This document shows positions 54,492 through 64,000 of a stretch of 64,000 nt of DNA, piece by piece. The notes under the pieces are model-generated. The model saw nothing but the letters and a program-made list of their open reading frames with translations, made no database searches and had not been told where the DNA came from. The stretch lies in contig CAZMOZ010000024.1 of the NCBI GenBank assembly GCA_964568145.1, positions 932-64,931 of the forward strand, read 5' to 3'. This stretch comes from an uncultured Verrucomicrobiota bacterium. GTDB taxonomy: Bacteria > Verrucomicrobiota > Verrucomicrobiia > Limisphaerales > J093. Both the position numbers and the translations under genes were made by a program. Positions within the stretch are counted from its first letter, which is position 1; each line of letters opens with the position of its first letter.

Positions 54492-54687
54492 GCGCGCATC
54501 ATCCGGTTCGCGCCGCCGCTTTCAAGCCCGACGGCGGCGCGGCGGGCTGCTGGCTTCCCGGAATTGCGCCGCCAGCTTCCCGCCTCAGCTCATTTCCCTG
54601 CCTCCATTCCTTTGCCAGGAAGTTTCGCCCGCCGCCGCCGGAATTCGGTTTGCCTCGCGCGGCGTTCTCTGGCATTGAGCCGCGCGG

Positions 54688-56226
54688 ATGAAGCGCATCG
54701 TTTTCGCGGTTTTCCTCGCTGTTCTGGCCGCCGGTTGCGGTTCGCGCCCGGATGCGGCCGGCAGCGCGGACGCGGCGGACCTGTTGATCCGCTGGCACTT
54801 CGCCGGCGCCACGCAACTGGCCGGCGACACCAACGCCACCGCCTTGCGCGCCGTGCTGGCCCAGCCGGCCACGCAGGCGCTTTTGTCGGAAACGCTGGAG
54901 CGCCTGGCCGCCGCGCCGGTCACCAAACCGCTCGGCCCGCTGCTGCGCGACCTGCTCGACGCCGAATCGTACGTGGAGGCGCGCGGGGACGTCGCCAGGC
55001 CCGATTGGACGTTTGCGCTGCGGCTGCCGCCCGAACGCGCGGCGGTGTGGCTGAGCACCTGGAGCAACGCCGCCCCGGCGTGGGAGCGGTCCAAGGCGCA
55101 GGCCGCGCAGGCCGGCGGCTGGGTCGTGGCCGGGGTGGGCGGCGAGCCCCTGGCCGGTTTCGACGCGGTGCGGCAACGGCTGGCCAGGAGCGGCCGGCCG
55201 GGGGTGCGTCACGAACCGGGCGCCTGGCTCGAAGTCGAGGCCAACCTCGCCCGCCTGGCGCCGGGGCTGGGCCTGCCCACCAACATCACCTGGCCGCGCG
55301 CGCACCTGGCCCTGGCCGGCCGCGGGCCAAACGTCCGCACCGTGGGCCGCCTCACTTGCGAGCGGCCGCTGGATTTGCCGCTCGAAGCCTGGCGCGTGCC
55401 CACCAACACCATCCGCGAGCCGTTGCTGAGCTTCCTCGCCGCGCAAGGCATGCGGCCGTGGCTGGCGGCGCAGCCGCTGTTGCGCGAGCTCGACCTGCCC
55501 GCGCCCAACCAGGTGTTCGGCTGGGCGCAGTCGCAGGTGCCGTTCCAGACCCAGTTCGCCTGGGAGTTGCCCGATGTCACGAACCGCCTCCTGGCCCTGA
55601 AGGCCAAACTGCCGGACGCGCTCCGGGCGCGCCTGTCGTGGCTGGATTTCGGCGAACTGCAGTTCGTGCCCGGCCTGACCCGGCTGGCGTGGACCGGCTT
55701 TCCCATTATCGTGCCGTTCATGAACCCGGCGCCGGACCCGGGCTTTGTCGTCGCCGGCATCTTTCCGGTCAACGAGGAGGGGGCCCCGGCCCCGCCGGAG
55801 TTGTACGCGCAATTGCTGGGCCGGACTAATCTGGTGCTGTACCATTGGGAGCTCACCCAGCCCCGGCTGGCGGACTGGCACGAGTTGCGCATCGTGCATG
55901 ACATGGCGGCCGGCTACGCGCCCCCGCCCACCAACACCGTGGTGGTGCGCTGGCTGAAAGACACGAACGTCACGAGCCACCTGGGCAACGCCGTGACCGA
56001 AGTCACCCGTGTCGCGCCGCGCGAGCTGGCGCTGGTGCGCAGTTCCGCCCTCGGCCTGACCGCCTTTGAAATCCACTGGATCACGCGCTGGCTGGACGGC
56101 CGGCGGTTCCCGCACTTGAGCCCGCCCGTGCGGCTCATCGGCGGCTCGAAGCCGGCCGCGCCGCCGCCCGTCACCAACGCCCCGCCCGCCTCCCCCGCCA
56201 GCGGTCATGCTCAAACTGGGCGTTAA
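54688..56226 (+). CDS. hypothetical lipoprotein
   Basis: A lipobox (LAAGC) follows MKRIVFAVFLAV. The ORF is 512 aa and no family was recognised. Its 3' end overlaps the pdxJ start by 20 nt. Confidence 0.55.
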   Translation: MKRIVFAVFLAVLAAGCGSRPDAAGSADAADLLIRWHFAGATQLAGDTNATALRAVLAQPATQALLSETLERLAAAPVTKPLGPLLRDLLDAESYVEARGDVARPDWTFALRLPPERAAVWLSTWSNAAPAWERSKAQAAQAGGWVVAGVGGEPLAGFDAVRQRLARSGRPGVRHEPGAWLEVEANLARLAPGLGLPTNITWPRAHLALAGRGPNVRTVGRLTCERPLDLPLEAWRVPTNTIREPLLSFLAAQGMRPWLAAQPLLRELDLPAPNQVFGWAQSQVPFQTQFAWELPDVTNRLLALKAKLPDALRARLSWLDFGELQFVPGLTRLAWTGFPIIVPFMNPAPDPGFVVAGIFPVNEEGAPAPPELYAQLLGRTNLVLYHWELTQPRLADWHELRIVHDMAAGYAPPPTNTVVVRWLKDTNVTSHLGNAVTEVTRVAPRELALVRSSALGLTAFEIHWITRWLDGRRFPHLSPPVRLIGGSKPAAPPPVTNAPPASPASGHAQTGR

Positions 56227-56947
56227 CATTGACCACGTGGCCACCGTGCGGGAGGCGCGGTATCGCGGCCGGCCCGCCGGCGAGCCCGATCCCGTGGAAG
56301 CCGCCCGCGTGTGCGAGGCCGCGGGCGCGCACGGCATCACCTGCCATCTGCGCGAAGACCGCCGCCACATCGTGGACCGCGACGTCTGGCGGTTGCGCGA
56401 GGTGGTGCGCACCCGGCTCAACCTCGAGATGGCCAACTCGCCCGAAATCCTCGCCATCGCCATGCGCCTGCGGCCGGACATCGTCTGTCTGGTGCCGGAA
56501 CGCCGCCAGGAGGTCACCACCGAGGGCGGTCTGGACGTGGCGGCCCAGTGCGCGCCGCTCACCGAAACCCGCTGCCGGCTCAACGACGCCGGCATCGAAG
56601 TCAGCCTGTTCATCGCGCCGGACGCCGCGCAGGTCGAGGCTGCGGCGCGAACCGGCGCCCAGTTCATCGAACTGCACACCGGCAGTTTCGCGGAGCACTT
56701 CGCCGACCCGGCCGCGCGGCAGCGGGAACGGGACCGGCTGGCGGCCGCGGCGCGCCAGGCCCGCGGGCTCGGCCTGCGGGTGAACGCCGGGCACGGCCTG
56801 AATTACGTGAACCTGCCGGCGCTCTGGGCGGTGCCGCACCTGGTCGAGCTCAACATCGGGCACAGCATCGTCAGCCGCGCCGTGTTCACCGGTCTGGCGC
56901 GCGCGGTGCAGGACATGCTGGCCGTGATGGCCGGCTATCCCGGCTGA
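56207..56947 (+). CDS. pdxJ: pyridoxine 5'-phosphate synthase
   Basis: LGVNIDHVATVREAR....PDPV.AA..CE.AGA.GIT.HLREDRRHI is the PdxJ signature. Confidence 0.95.
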   Translation: MLKLGVNIDHVATVREARYRGRPAGEPDPVEAARVCEAAGAHGITCHLREDRRHIVDRDVWRLREVVRTRLNLEMANSPEILAIAMRLRPDIVCLVPERRQEVTTEGGLDVAAQCAPLTETRCRLNDAGIEVSLFIAPDAAQVEAAARTGAQFIELHTGSFAEHFADPAARQRERDRLAAAARQARGLGLRVNAGHGLNYVNLPALWAVPHLVELNIGHSIVSRAVFTGLARAVQDMLAVMAGYPG

Positions 56948-56952
56948 TCGTC

Positions 56953-57333
56953 ATGATCCGCGGCGTGGGCGTGGACATCATCGAAGTAGCGCGCATCCGC
57001 GGCGCGGTGGAACGCTTCGGCGAACGCTTCCTGCAACGCATTCTCCGGCCGGCCGAGATCGCGTACTGCCAGTCCTTCAAGGATCCGGCGCCGCACCTGG
57101 CCGCGCGGTTCGCCGCCAAGGAGGCGGTGTCGAAGGCCTTTGGCACGGGCATCGGCGCCGCGCTGGGCTGGCAGGACATGGAGCTGGCCCACCACCCGGG
57201 CGGCCAGCCGTACCTGATCTTGCACGACGGCGGGCGTGAACTGCTCGCGGCGCGGGGCGGCGGCGAGGTTCAACTCAGCCTGAGCCACACCGCCAATTAC
57301 GGCGCCGCGGTGGCGGTCTGGGACGCCCCGTGA
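56953..57333 (+). CDS. acpS: holo-[acyl-carrier-protein] synthase
   Basis: The ATG at 56953 gives MIRGVGVDIIEVARI...RFAAKEAVSKAFGTG...SLSHT. The position after pdxJ is canonical. Confidence 0.9.
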   Translation: MIRGVGVDIIEVARIRGAVERFGERFLQRILRPAEIAYCQSFKDPAPHLAARFAAKEAVSKAFGTGIGAALGWQDMELAHHPGGQPYLILHDGGRELLAARGGGEVQLSLSHTANYGAAVAVWDAP

Positions 57334-57842
57334 GCGCGGAAACACCCCGCCGGCCGGCCAGCCGCTGGTTGGTCATCGGCTACGGCAATCCGCTGCGCGG
57401 CGACGACGCCGCCGGACCGCTGCTGGCCGGGCGCGTGGCTGCGTGGGAACTGCCCGGTGTAACCGCAGTGGCGGTTCATCAACTCACTCCCGAACTCGCG
57501 GCGCAGTTGGCGGAATGCGACCGCGCGGTATTCCTCGACGCCCGTCAAGGCGGCGGTGAAATCGGCCTGCGCCAACTCGCGCCGGCCGAAACACACGCCG
57601 GTCTGGAACACGCCAGCGATCCGGCGCGGTTGCTGGCCCTGACGCGGGACTTGTTCGGCAGTTCGCCCGAAGCCTGGCTGCTGACGCTGCCCGGTGTGGA
57701 GTTTGGTTTCGGCACGGGTTTGTCGGCACCCACCGCTCGGGCCCTGGAGGAGGCGGCTGGATTGCTTGGGGGGGTGCTGGGCGCGGAGGGCGCAGCCCAG
57801 TCTTTTGCTGCCGATCGAAACGGCCAGACGCCGCAGGTGTAG
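57330..57842 (+). CDS. hydrogenase maturation protease family protein (HyaD/HybD-like)
   Basis: VIGYGNPLRGDDAAGPLLA, a later FLDA, and a conserved His (LEHASDP) are present. The GTG start overlaps the acpS stop (GTGA). Confidence 0.7.
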   Translation: MSAETPRRPASRWLVIGYGNPLRGDDAAGPLLAGRVAAWELPGVTAVAVHQLTPELAAQLAECDRAVFLDARQGGGEIGLRQLAPAETHAGLEHASDPARLLALTRDLFGSSPEAWLLTLPGVEFGFGTGLSAPTARALEEAAGLLGGVLGAEGAAQSFAADRNGQTPQV

Positions 57843-58161
57843 CGGCAGCCATCCCCGGCTGCTGTAGAGGGCGGCATCTTGCCGCCCGGAACCCGCCAGA
57901 AAAACCACCGCTCCAGCCGTCTGCCGGCCGGGCTCCGCCGGGCTGGAAGCCTAGCTCACCGTCAGGCTGGAAGCCTGCCGCTACCGAGGTGGGAAGCGGG
58001 GCGCCTCCCGCAACGCCAGGGGCGGGCGTGATCCCCACTTACGGGCTGAATCGTGCCGGCCTGACGTGAGGCGGCCCGCCTACAAACAACGCTGCACCAG
58101 GGCGTGGACCGTAAAATGTAACGCGCTTGTCATCCGTTGGTCACTTTCCCAACATGCCGGG

Positions 58162-58863
58162 ATGTTACCCAAAGCCCGCGTGAAAGCGAAAATCCTGGTG
58201 GTGGACGACGAGCCGGACGCGCTGGAGCTAATCGGCTTCAACCTCAAGTCCGCGGGCTTCGACGTGCTGACGGCCGACGACGGCGAGGCCGCCCTGCAAC
58301 TGGCCCGGACGCATCAGCCCGATCTGGTGCTGCTCGACCTGATGCTGCCGGAGGTGGACGGCCTGGAGGTCTGCAAAATCCTGCGCCGCGACCCCGCCAC
58401 CTCGGCCGTCCCGATCATCATGGTCACCGCCAAGGCGGCCGAGATGGACCGCGTGCTCGGGCTGGAGCTGGGCGCCGACGACTACGTCACCAAACCCTTC
58501 AGCCCGCGCGAGCTGGTGCTGCGGGTCAAGAACCTGCTCCGCCGCCGGCACGCGGCCGAGGCCAAGAGCGACCGGATCGCCGTGGGCGACCTGGTGATTG
58601 ACGTGCCACGGCACCAGGTGACCGTGCAGGGCAAGGCCGTGGAGCTCACCGCCACGGAATTCCGGCTGCTGAGCGTGCTGGCCCAGCGTCACGGCCGGGT
58701 GCAGTCGCGCGAGCAGTTGCTCCGCGACGTGTGGAATTACGAGAGCCTGATTGACACCCGCACGGTGGACACACACATGCGCCGCCTGCGCGAAAAGCTC
58801 GGCCCGGCCGCCCGCCACCTCGACACCGTGCGCGGCGTGGGTTATCGCTTCCTCGAAACCTGA
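58162..58863 (+). CDS. OmpR/PhoB-family response regulator
   Basis: Receiver domain ILVVDDEPD...DLVLLDLMLPEVDG...TAK. The winged-helix output domain is LTATEFRLLSVLAQRHGRVQSREQLL..VW......DTRTVDTHMRRLREKL...L.TVRGVGYRF. Confidence 0.85.
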   Translation: MLPKARVKAKILVVDDEPDALELIGFNLKSAGFDVLTADDGEAALQLARTHQPDLVLLDLMLPEVDGLEVCKILRRDPATSAVPIIMVTAKAAEMDRVLGLELGADDYVTKPFSPRELVLRVKNLLRRRHAAEAKSDRIAVGDLVIDVPRHQVTVQGKAVELTATEFRLLSVLAQRHGRVQSREQLLRDVWNYESLIDTRTVDTHMRRLREKLGPAARHLDTVRGVGYRFLET

Positions 58864-58890
58864 CCCGCCCGCCGGGCGGGCTTCCCGATC

Positions 58891-60105
58891 ATGGAGAGCG
58901 TGCTGGCCATCCTTGCGGCGCTCGGCGCTGGCGCGTTCGTCGTCTTGTGGTGGCGCCAGCGCGCCGCCGCGGCCGGCCTCGCCCGGCTGCTCGATCGCGA
59001 GCGCGCTGAAAAGGCCGCGCTGGCCGGCCGCCAGGAACAACTCGCGGCCGAAGCCCAGGCCCAGCGCGCCGCGCTCATCGAGAACATGGGCGAGGGCGTG
59101 CTGCTCCTGGACCGGCACGGCCGCGTGGAGCTGTTCAACCGCGCCTTCGTGCAGATGTTCCAGGTGCAGGATGACCTCCGCGGCCGCCCGGTGCTCGAGG
59201 CGCTGCGCTCGCACGAGCTGGACGAAGTGGTGCGCCGCACCCGCCAGGCCGGCCAGGTCCTCGGCGCGGAACTGGAATTGCGCGGCGCCGAACCCCGTTC
59301 GCTGCAAATCAACGCGGCGCTGCACGGCGCCGGCGCCGCGCGGGGGATGATCCTGGTCTTTCACGACCTCACCCGGCTGCGCCGGCTCGAAAACCTGCGG
59401 AAGGAATTTGTGGCCAACGTGAGCCACGAACTACGCACGCCGCTCTCACTGATCAAGGGCTACGCGGAAACCTTGCTGGACCACCCGCCCCGCGAGCCCG
59501 AGCAGGCACGGCGTTTTCTCCAGATCATCGTCCGGCACGCCGACCGCTTGACCTACCTCATCGAGGACCTGCTCACGCTTTCGAGCCTCGAGTCCGGCAC
59601 CGCCCTGCTCAATCCCACGACCGTGGCGCTGCGGAGCTTGGTGACGCGCGCGTTCGAGGACCTCGCCGCCCGCGCCGCCGAACGCGGCGCCACGCTGGTC
59701 AACGAGACGCCGGAAGACCTGGAGGCGTATGTGGACGCCGACCGCGTGCTTCAGGTGCTGTTCAACCTGGTGGACAACGCCATCAAGTACGGCCGGCCGC
59801 ACGGGCGGGTGGTCATCGGCGGGCGGGCGGCGGACGGGGAGTGGATCGAGTTGTGGGTGCGCGACGACGGCCCCGGCCTGCCGAGCGAGGCGCTGGGCCG
59901 CATCTTCGAGCGGTTCTACCGGGTGGACCGCAATCGCTCGCGCGAGCAGGGCGGCACCGGGCTGGGGCTGGCCATCGTGAAGCACATCGTCCAGAGCCAC
60001 GGCGGCGAGGTGTGCGTCGAAAGCGAGCCCGGCCAGGGCGCCACCTTTTACTTCACGCTGCCGCGCGAGCGCCGTCAGTCTTCCTCTTCGGGATTGTCGG
60101 ACTGA
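58891..60105 (+). CDS. PhoR-like sensor histidine kinase
   Basis: One N-terminal TM segment, a PAS-like region, the H-box FVANVSHELRTPLSLIKGY, the N-box NLVDNAIKY, and G-boxes DDGPGL and GGTGLGLAIV. Confidence 0.85.
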   Translation: MESVLAILAALGAGAFVVLWWRQRAAAAGLARLLDRERAEKAALAGRQEQLAAEAQAQRAALIENMGEGVLLLDRHGRVELFNRAFVQMFQVQDDLRGRPVLEALRSHELDEVVRRTRQAGQVLGAELELRGAEPRSLQINAALHGAGAARGMILVFHDLTRLRRLENLRKEFVANVSHELRTPLSLIKGYAETLLDHPPREPEQARRFLQIIVRHADRLTYLIEDLLTLSSLESGTALLNPTTVALRSLVTRAFEDLAARAAERGATLVNETPEDLEAYVDADRVLQVLFNLVDNAIKYGRPHGRVVIGGRAADGEWIELWVRDDGPGLPSEALGRIFERFYRVDRNRSREQGGTGLGLAIVKHIVQSHGGEVCVESEPGQGATFYFTLPRERRQSSSSGLSD

Positions 60106-60128
60106 CGGCGGTTCCTTATACCTCTCGG

Positions 60129-61769
60129 GTGCCTGAAGCCAATGGAACCAACGGCGCCCGCCCGCCGCGCCGCGTCATCGAAGTGGCGCGCGAACTCGGC
60201 CTCGACACCGAAGCAATCCTCCCCCACGGCCATTACATCGCCAAGGTCCCCATCCAGGAGCTGACCGCGCGGGCGGACCGGCCCGACGGCCGGCTCATCT
60301 TGGTCAGCGCCATGACGCCGACGCCGCAGGGTGAAGGCAAGACCACCGCGACCATCGGCCTGGCGGACGCGCTGCGCCGGCTGGGGCACCGGACGATGTT
60401 CTGCCTGCGCGAGCCTTCGCTGGGACCGTACTTCGGCGTGAAAGGCGGCGGCACCGGCGGCGGCCGCGCCCAGGTGGTGCCCGCCGAGGACATTAACCTC
60501 CACTTCGTCGGCGACATGTACGCGGTGGAAAAGGCCAACAACCTCCTGTGCGCGATGGTGGACAACCACCTCCAGCACGGCAACGAACTCGGCCTGGACC
60601 CGCGCCGGATCACCTTCCGGCGGGTGATTGATCTGAACGAACGCTCGCTGCGGGACATCATCATCGGCCTGGGCGGCCCCAAGCATGGCGTGCCGCGCCG
60701 CGACGGCTTCAACATCACGCCGGCCTCCGAGGTGATGGCCGTGCTGTGCCTGGCGCGCGATTTCACCGACCTCGGCGAGCGGCTGGCGCGGATGGTCGTG
60801 GGCTACAACTATCGCGGCGAGCCGGTCCGCGCCGACGCGCTCCAGACCGTGGGCGCCATGCAGGTGCTGTTGCGGGACGCCATCCACCCGAACCTCGTGC
60901 AGTCCCTCGAGGGCACGCCGGCCTTCGTCCACGCCGGGCCGTTCGCGAACATCGCCCAGGGCACGAACACCAGCATCGCCACGCGCCTGGCGTTGAAGCT
61001 GGCGGATTACGTGGTCACCGAGGCCGGCTTCGCCACCGACCTGGGCGCGGAGAAGTTCATTCACATCAAATGCCGCACGGCCGGGCTCAAGCCCGCGGCG
61101 GTGGTGATCGTGGCGACCGTGAAGGCCGTGGCCTGGCACGGCGGCTACACCGCCGGCGGCGGCCTCGGCAACCTGGCCAAGCACATCGAGAACGTCCGGC
61201 TCTTCGGGCTCGAGCCGGTGGTCTGCCTCAGCCATTTCCCCGGCGATCAGCCGGCGGACGTCGCGCGCATCCTCAAATTCTGCGCGCGGCAGGGCGTCGA
61301 GGCGGTGCGGTCGGAACATTTCGACCGGGGCGGCGAAGGCGCGCGGGCCCTGGCCGCGGCGGTCTTGCGCGTCATCGCCAAGAACGGTCGCCAGCGGCTG
61401 CGGTTCCTGTACTCGCTGGACGCGCCACTCGAGAAGAAGCTCACCACGCTGGCGCTGCAGATCTATGGCGCCGACGGCGTGGATTTCGACCGCGCGGCGC
61501 AAAGCCAGCTCGAGTTGCTCACCCGGCAGGGTTTCGCGAACCTGCCGGTCTGCGTGGCCAAGACCGCGATGTCACTCTCGGACGACCCCGAGCGGCGCGG
61601 CCGGCCGCGGGGGTTCCGGGTGACGGTCAATGAGCTGCGCCTGGCGGCGGGGGCGGGTTTTGTGGTGGCGATCTGCGGCAACATCGTGACCATGCCCGGC
61701 CTGCCGAAAACGCCCGCCGCGGCGCGCATCCGCATCCTGCCGGACGGCACGGCCACGGGGTTGAGCTGA
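60129..61769 (+). CDS. fhs: formate--tetrahydrofolate ligase
   Basis: LILVSAMTPTPQGEGKTTATIGLADAL...REPSLGPYFGVKGGGTGGG is the Fhs signature. The GTG at 60129 is the first plausible start after the kinase stop. Confidence 0.9.
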   Translation: MPEANGTNGARPPRRVIEVARELGLDTEAILPHGHYIAKVPIQELTARADRPDGRLILVSAMTPTPQGEGKTTATIGLADALRRLGHRTMFCLREPSLGPYFGVKGGGTGGGRAQVVPAEDINLHFVGDMYAVEKANNLLCAMVDNHLQHGNELGLDPRRITFRRVIDLNERSLRDIIIGLGGPKHGVPRRDGFNITPASEVMAVLCLARDFTDLGERLARMVVGYNYRGEPVRADALQTVGAMQVLLRDAIHPNLVQSLEGTPAFVHAGPFANIAQGTNTSIATRLALKLADYVVTEAGFATDLGAEKFIHIKCRTAGLKPAAVVIVATVKAVAWHGGYTAGGGLGNLAKHIENVRLFGLEPVVCLSHFPGDQPADVARILKFCARQGVEAVRSEHFDRGGEGARALAAAVLRVIAKNGRQRLRFLYSLDAPLEKKLTTLALQIYGADGVDFDRAAQSQLELLTRQGFANLPVCVAKTAMSLSDDPERRGRPRGFRVTVNELRLAAGAGFVVAICGNIVTMPGLPKTPAAARIRILPDGTATGLS

Positions 61770-61780
61770 GCGGTTTTGGT

Positions 61781-61838
61781 GGCCGGCCTCTGGCCCAGAG
61801 GCCGGAAGACGTCGCCCCTCAGCGAGGGGCGACCCACC
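61781..61838. repeat. double-hairpin repeat (family E) just downstream of fhs; possible terminator
   Basis: ggccggcctctggcccagaggccgg followed by gtcgcccctcagcgaggggcgac. A copy lies at 35183-35238. Confidence 0.6.
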
Positions 61839-61906
61839 TCCGGTGACCCAGCCGCATTACGTGGCCGCCCACACTCTGCCGGGCCGGGAAGCCCGCCGTC
61901 GCCCCT

Positions 61907-62650
61907 TCAGCCTTTGAGCAGCGCCACCGCGTAGTCGCGGTTCATGCGGGCGATGAAGTCCAGGCTGATGTTCTTGGGGCACACCGCCTCGCACGAGCCC
62001 GTCACGGTGCAGGCGCCGAAGCCTTCCCGGTCCATCTGTTCGACCATCGCCAGCACACGGCGGTGGCGTTCGGGCTGGCCCTGGGGCAGGAGGCCCAGGT
62101 GGGAGACCTTGGCCGCCACGAAGAGCATGGCGCTGGCGTTTTTGCAGGCGGCCACGCAGGCGCCGCAGCCGATGCATGCCGCGGCGTCCATGGCCCGGTC
62201 GGCGTTCGGTTTCGGCACGGGGATGGCGTTCGCGTCCGGCGCGCTGCCGGTGCGCACGCTGATGAAGCCGCCGGCGTGCATGATGCGGTCGAAGGCCTTG
62301 CGGTTGACGATCAAATCCTTGATGACGGGGAAGGGCCGGGCGCGGAACGGCTCGACGAGGATGGTGTCGCCGTCGCGGAAGCAGCGCAGATAGGTCTGGC
62401 AGGTGGCCACGCCGCGGTGGGGGCCGTGGGGTTTGCCGTTGATGACCAGCGAGCAGGTGCCGCAGATGCCTTCGCGGCAGTCGTGGTCGAAGGCGATGGG
62501 ATCGAGCCCGCGCGCGGTGAGGTCCTCGTTGACCACGTCGAGCATCTCGAGGAACGACATGTTTGGATTCAGCTCCGGCGTGTCGTAGGTCTCGAAGCGC
62601 CCGGGAGAGGCGGCATGGGGTTGGCGCCAAACTTTGAGCCGGACTTTCAT
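61907..62650 (-). CDS. sdhB: succinate dehydrogenase/fumarate reductase iron-sulfur subunit
   Basis: Cys clusters [20 protein letters not shown] and [12 protein letters not shown] correspond to 2Fe-2S, 4Fe-4S and 3Fe-4S ligands. Confidence 0.9.
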   Translation of the reverse strand: MKVRLKVWRQPHAASPGRFETYDTPELNPNMSFLEMLDVVNEDLTARGLDPIAFDHDCREGICGTCSLVINGKPHGPHRGVATCQTYLRCFRDGDTILVEPFRARPFPVIKDLIVNRKAFDRIMHAGGFISVRTGSAPDANAIPVPKPNADRAMDAAACIGCGACVAACKNASAMLFVAAKVSHLGLLPQGQPERHRRVLAMVEQMDREGFGACTVTGSCEAVCPKNISLDFIARMNRDYAVALLKG

Positions 62651-62655
62651 GGAGG

Positions 62656-62683
62656 ATTGACGGTTGACGATTGACGATTTACG
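62656..62683. repeat. heptamer array (attgacg-type x4), left flank of the four-helix-bundle gene
   Basis: The units read attgacg gttgacg attgacg atttacg. The array lies between the sdhB start and the 3' end of the inserted gene. Confidence 0.7.
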
Positions 62684-63038
62684 CCCGGTCGGAAGCGCGG
62701 GCGGTCTTGGCCGAAGCCACCACGATGGCGAGAATGGTATCGCCCTCGGACATCAAGCCGGCCAGGCGGCTGGCTTTGACCAATCCCGACTCCGCCAGAA
62801 TCTCCATCCAAAACCTGGCTTCGTCGCATTCTTCCTCGACGATCTTGAGCTTGTTGACGAAATCGGCCCGCGATTTGGCCCGGCAGGCGGCGCGGTAGTT
62901 GGCCCCAACTGACATGCCGGCCCGCAACAACTGCCTGCCGAGAATGTCGCCCACTCGGCTCCGCGGCAGTGCTTGTACCAGTTTCAGTACCCGGAGCGAA
63001 AAGGCCTTCGTCCGTTGCTTCATTTCATCGGGGCTCAT
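62679..63038 (-). CDS. four-helix-bundle protein (23S rRNA intervening-sequence protein family)
   Basis: Start at ATG 63038. [11 protein letters not shown]........[48 protein letters not shown] matches the family consensus as I recall it. Confidence 0.8.
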   Translation of the reverse strand: MSPDEMKQRTKAFSLRVLKLVQALPRSRVGDILGRQLLRAGMSVGANYRAACRAKSRADFVNKLKIVEEECDEARFWMEILAESGLVKASRLAGLMSEGDTILAIVVASAKTARASDRA

Positions 63039-63116
63039 ACCGGCCTGGCTGGATTTCTCAGCAGACTGACGCTGGCAGGCTCCGGGCCTTGAGCGGCGCG
63101 TTCCGAGGCACAGCCA

Positions 63117-63136
63117 CGTCAATCGTCAATCGTCAA

Positions 63137-63137
<1 letters not shown>
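63117..63137. repeat. heptamer array (cgtcaat x3), right flank, inverted relative to 62656-62683
   Basis: cgtcaat cgtcaat cgtcaat is the reverse complement of attgacg. It abuts and overlaps the sdhA stop codon. Confidence 0.7.

Positions 63138-64000
<863 letters not shown>

Noticed and set aside
54499-56679. 726-aa minus-strand ORF opposite the lipoprotein gene and pdxJ
   Set aside because: It overlaps pdxJ, which is unambiguous, and its sequence is Arg/Gly/Pro-rich without motifs.

Overview
High-GC bacterial chromosomal window with about 50 protein genes and 2 tRNAs. The gene content suggests a Verrucomicrobiota/Planctomycetota-like organism, but this is inference only. It includes PEP-CTERM anchors, HAF repeats, a 1.9k-aa MBG/cohesin/dockerin surface protein, TPR and LRR proteins, and a four-helix-bundle IVS-type gene.

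Recognisable housekeeping blocks:
- an ABC exporter operon, erpA, uvrA, copA and ispF
- tRNA-Phe and tRNA-Gln
- rpmH-rnpA-yidD-yidC-jag (rpmH is too short for the ORF track and was found by eye)
- argH, an lpxR-like gene, a ZIP transporter and pdxJ-acpS
- a phoB/phoR-like pair, fhs and sdhA/sdhB

The most interesting region is a ~9.6 kb accessory island (about 38.6-48.3 kb) wedged between jag and argH. It holds only defence or R-M-type genes:
- vsr
- an AIPR abortive-infection gene broken by one in-frame TAG
- a HerA-like ATPase
- an XRE regulator coupled to a DUF2075-type nuclease-helicase
- a Dcm methyltransferase with its own XRE controller and no classical restriction enzyme

The HerA-like and AIPR proteins share a private ~70-aa C-terminal domain. 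That makes them my best candidate for an undescribed two-gene system.

The window also carries several short repeat families:
- tandem heptanucleotide arrays, two of them in frame inside uvrA, and one inverted pair bracketing a gene inserted between sdhA and sdhB
- a ~65-bp hairpin element at six loci
- a GC-palindromic element that is in frame inside dcm
- a tandem pair of 150-bp MITE-like units

Many long ORFs in the track are antisense shadows of real genes and were discarded. The track also uses GTG/TTG starts, so several starts were re-set by eye.
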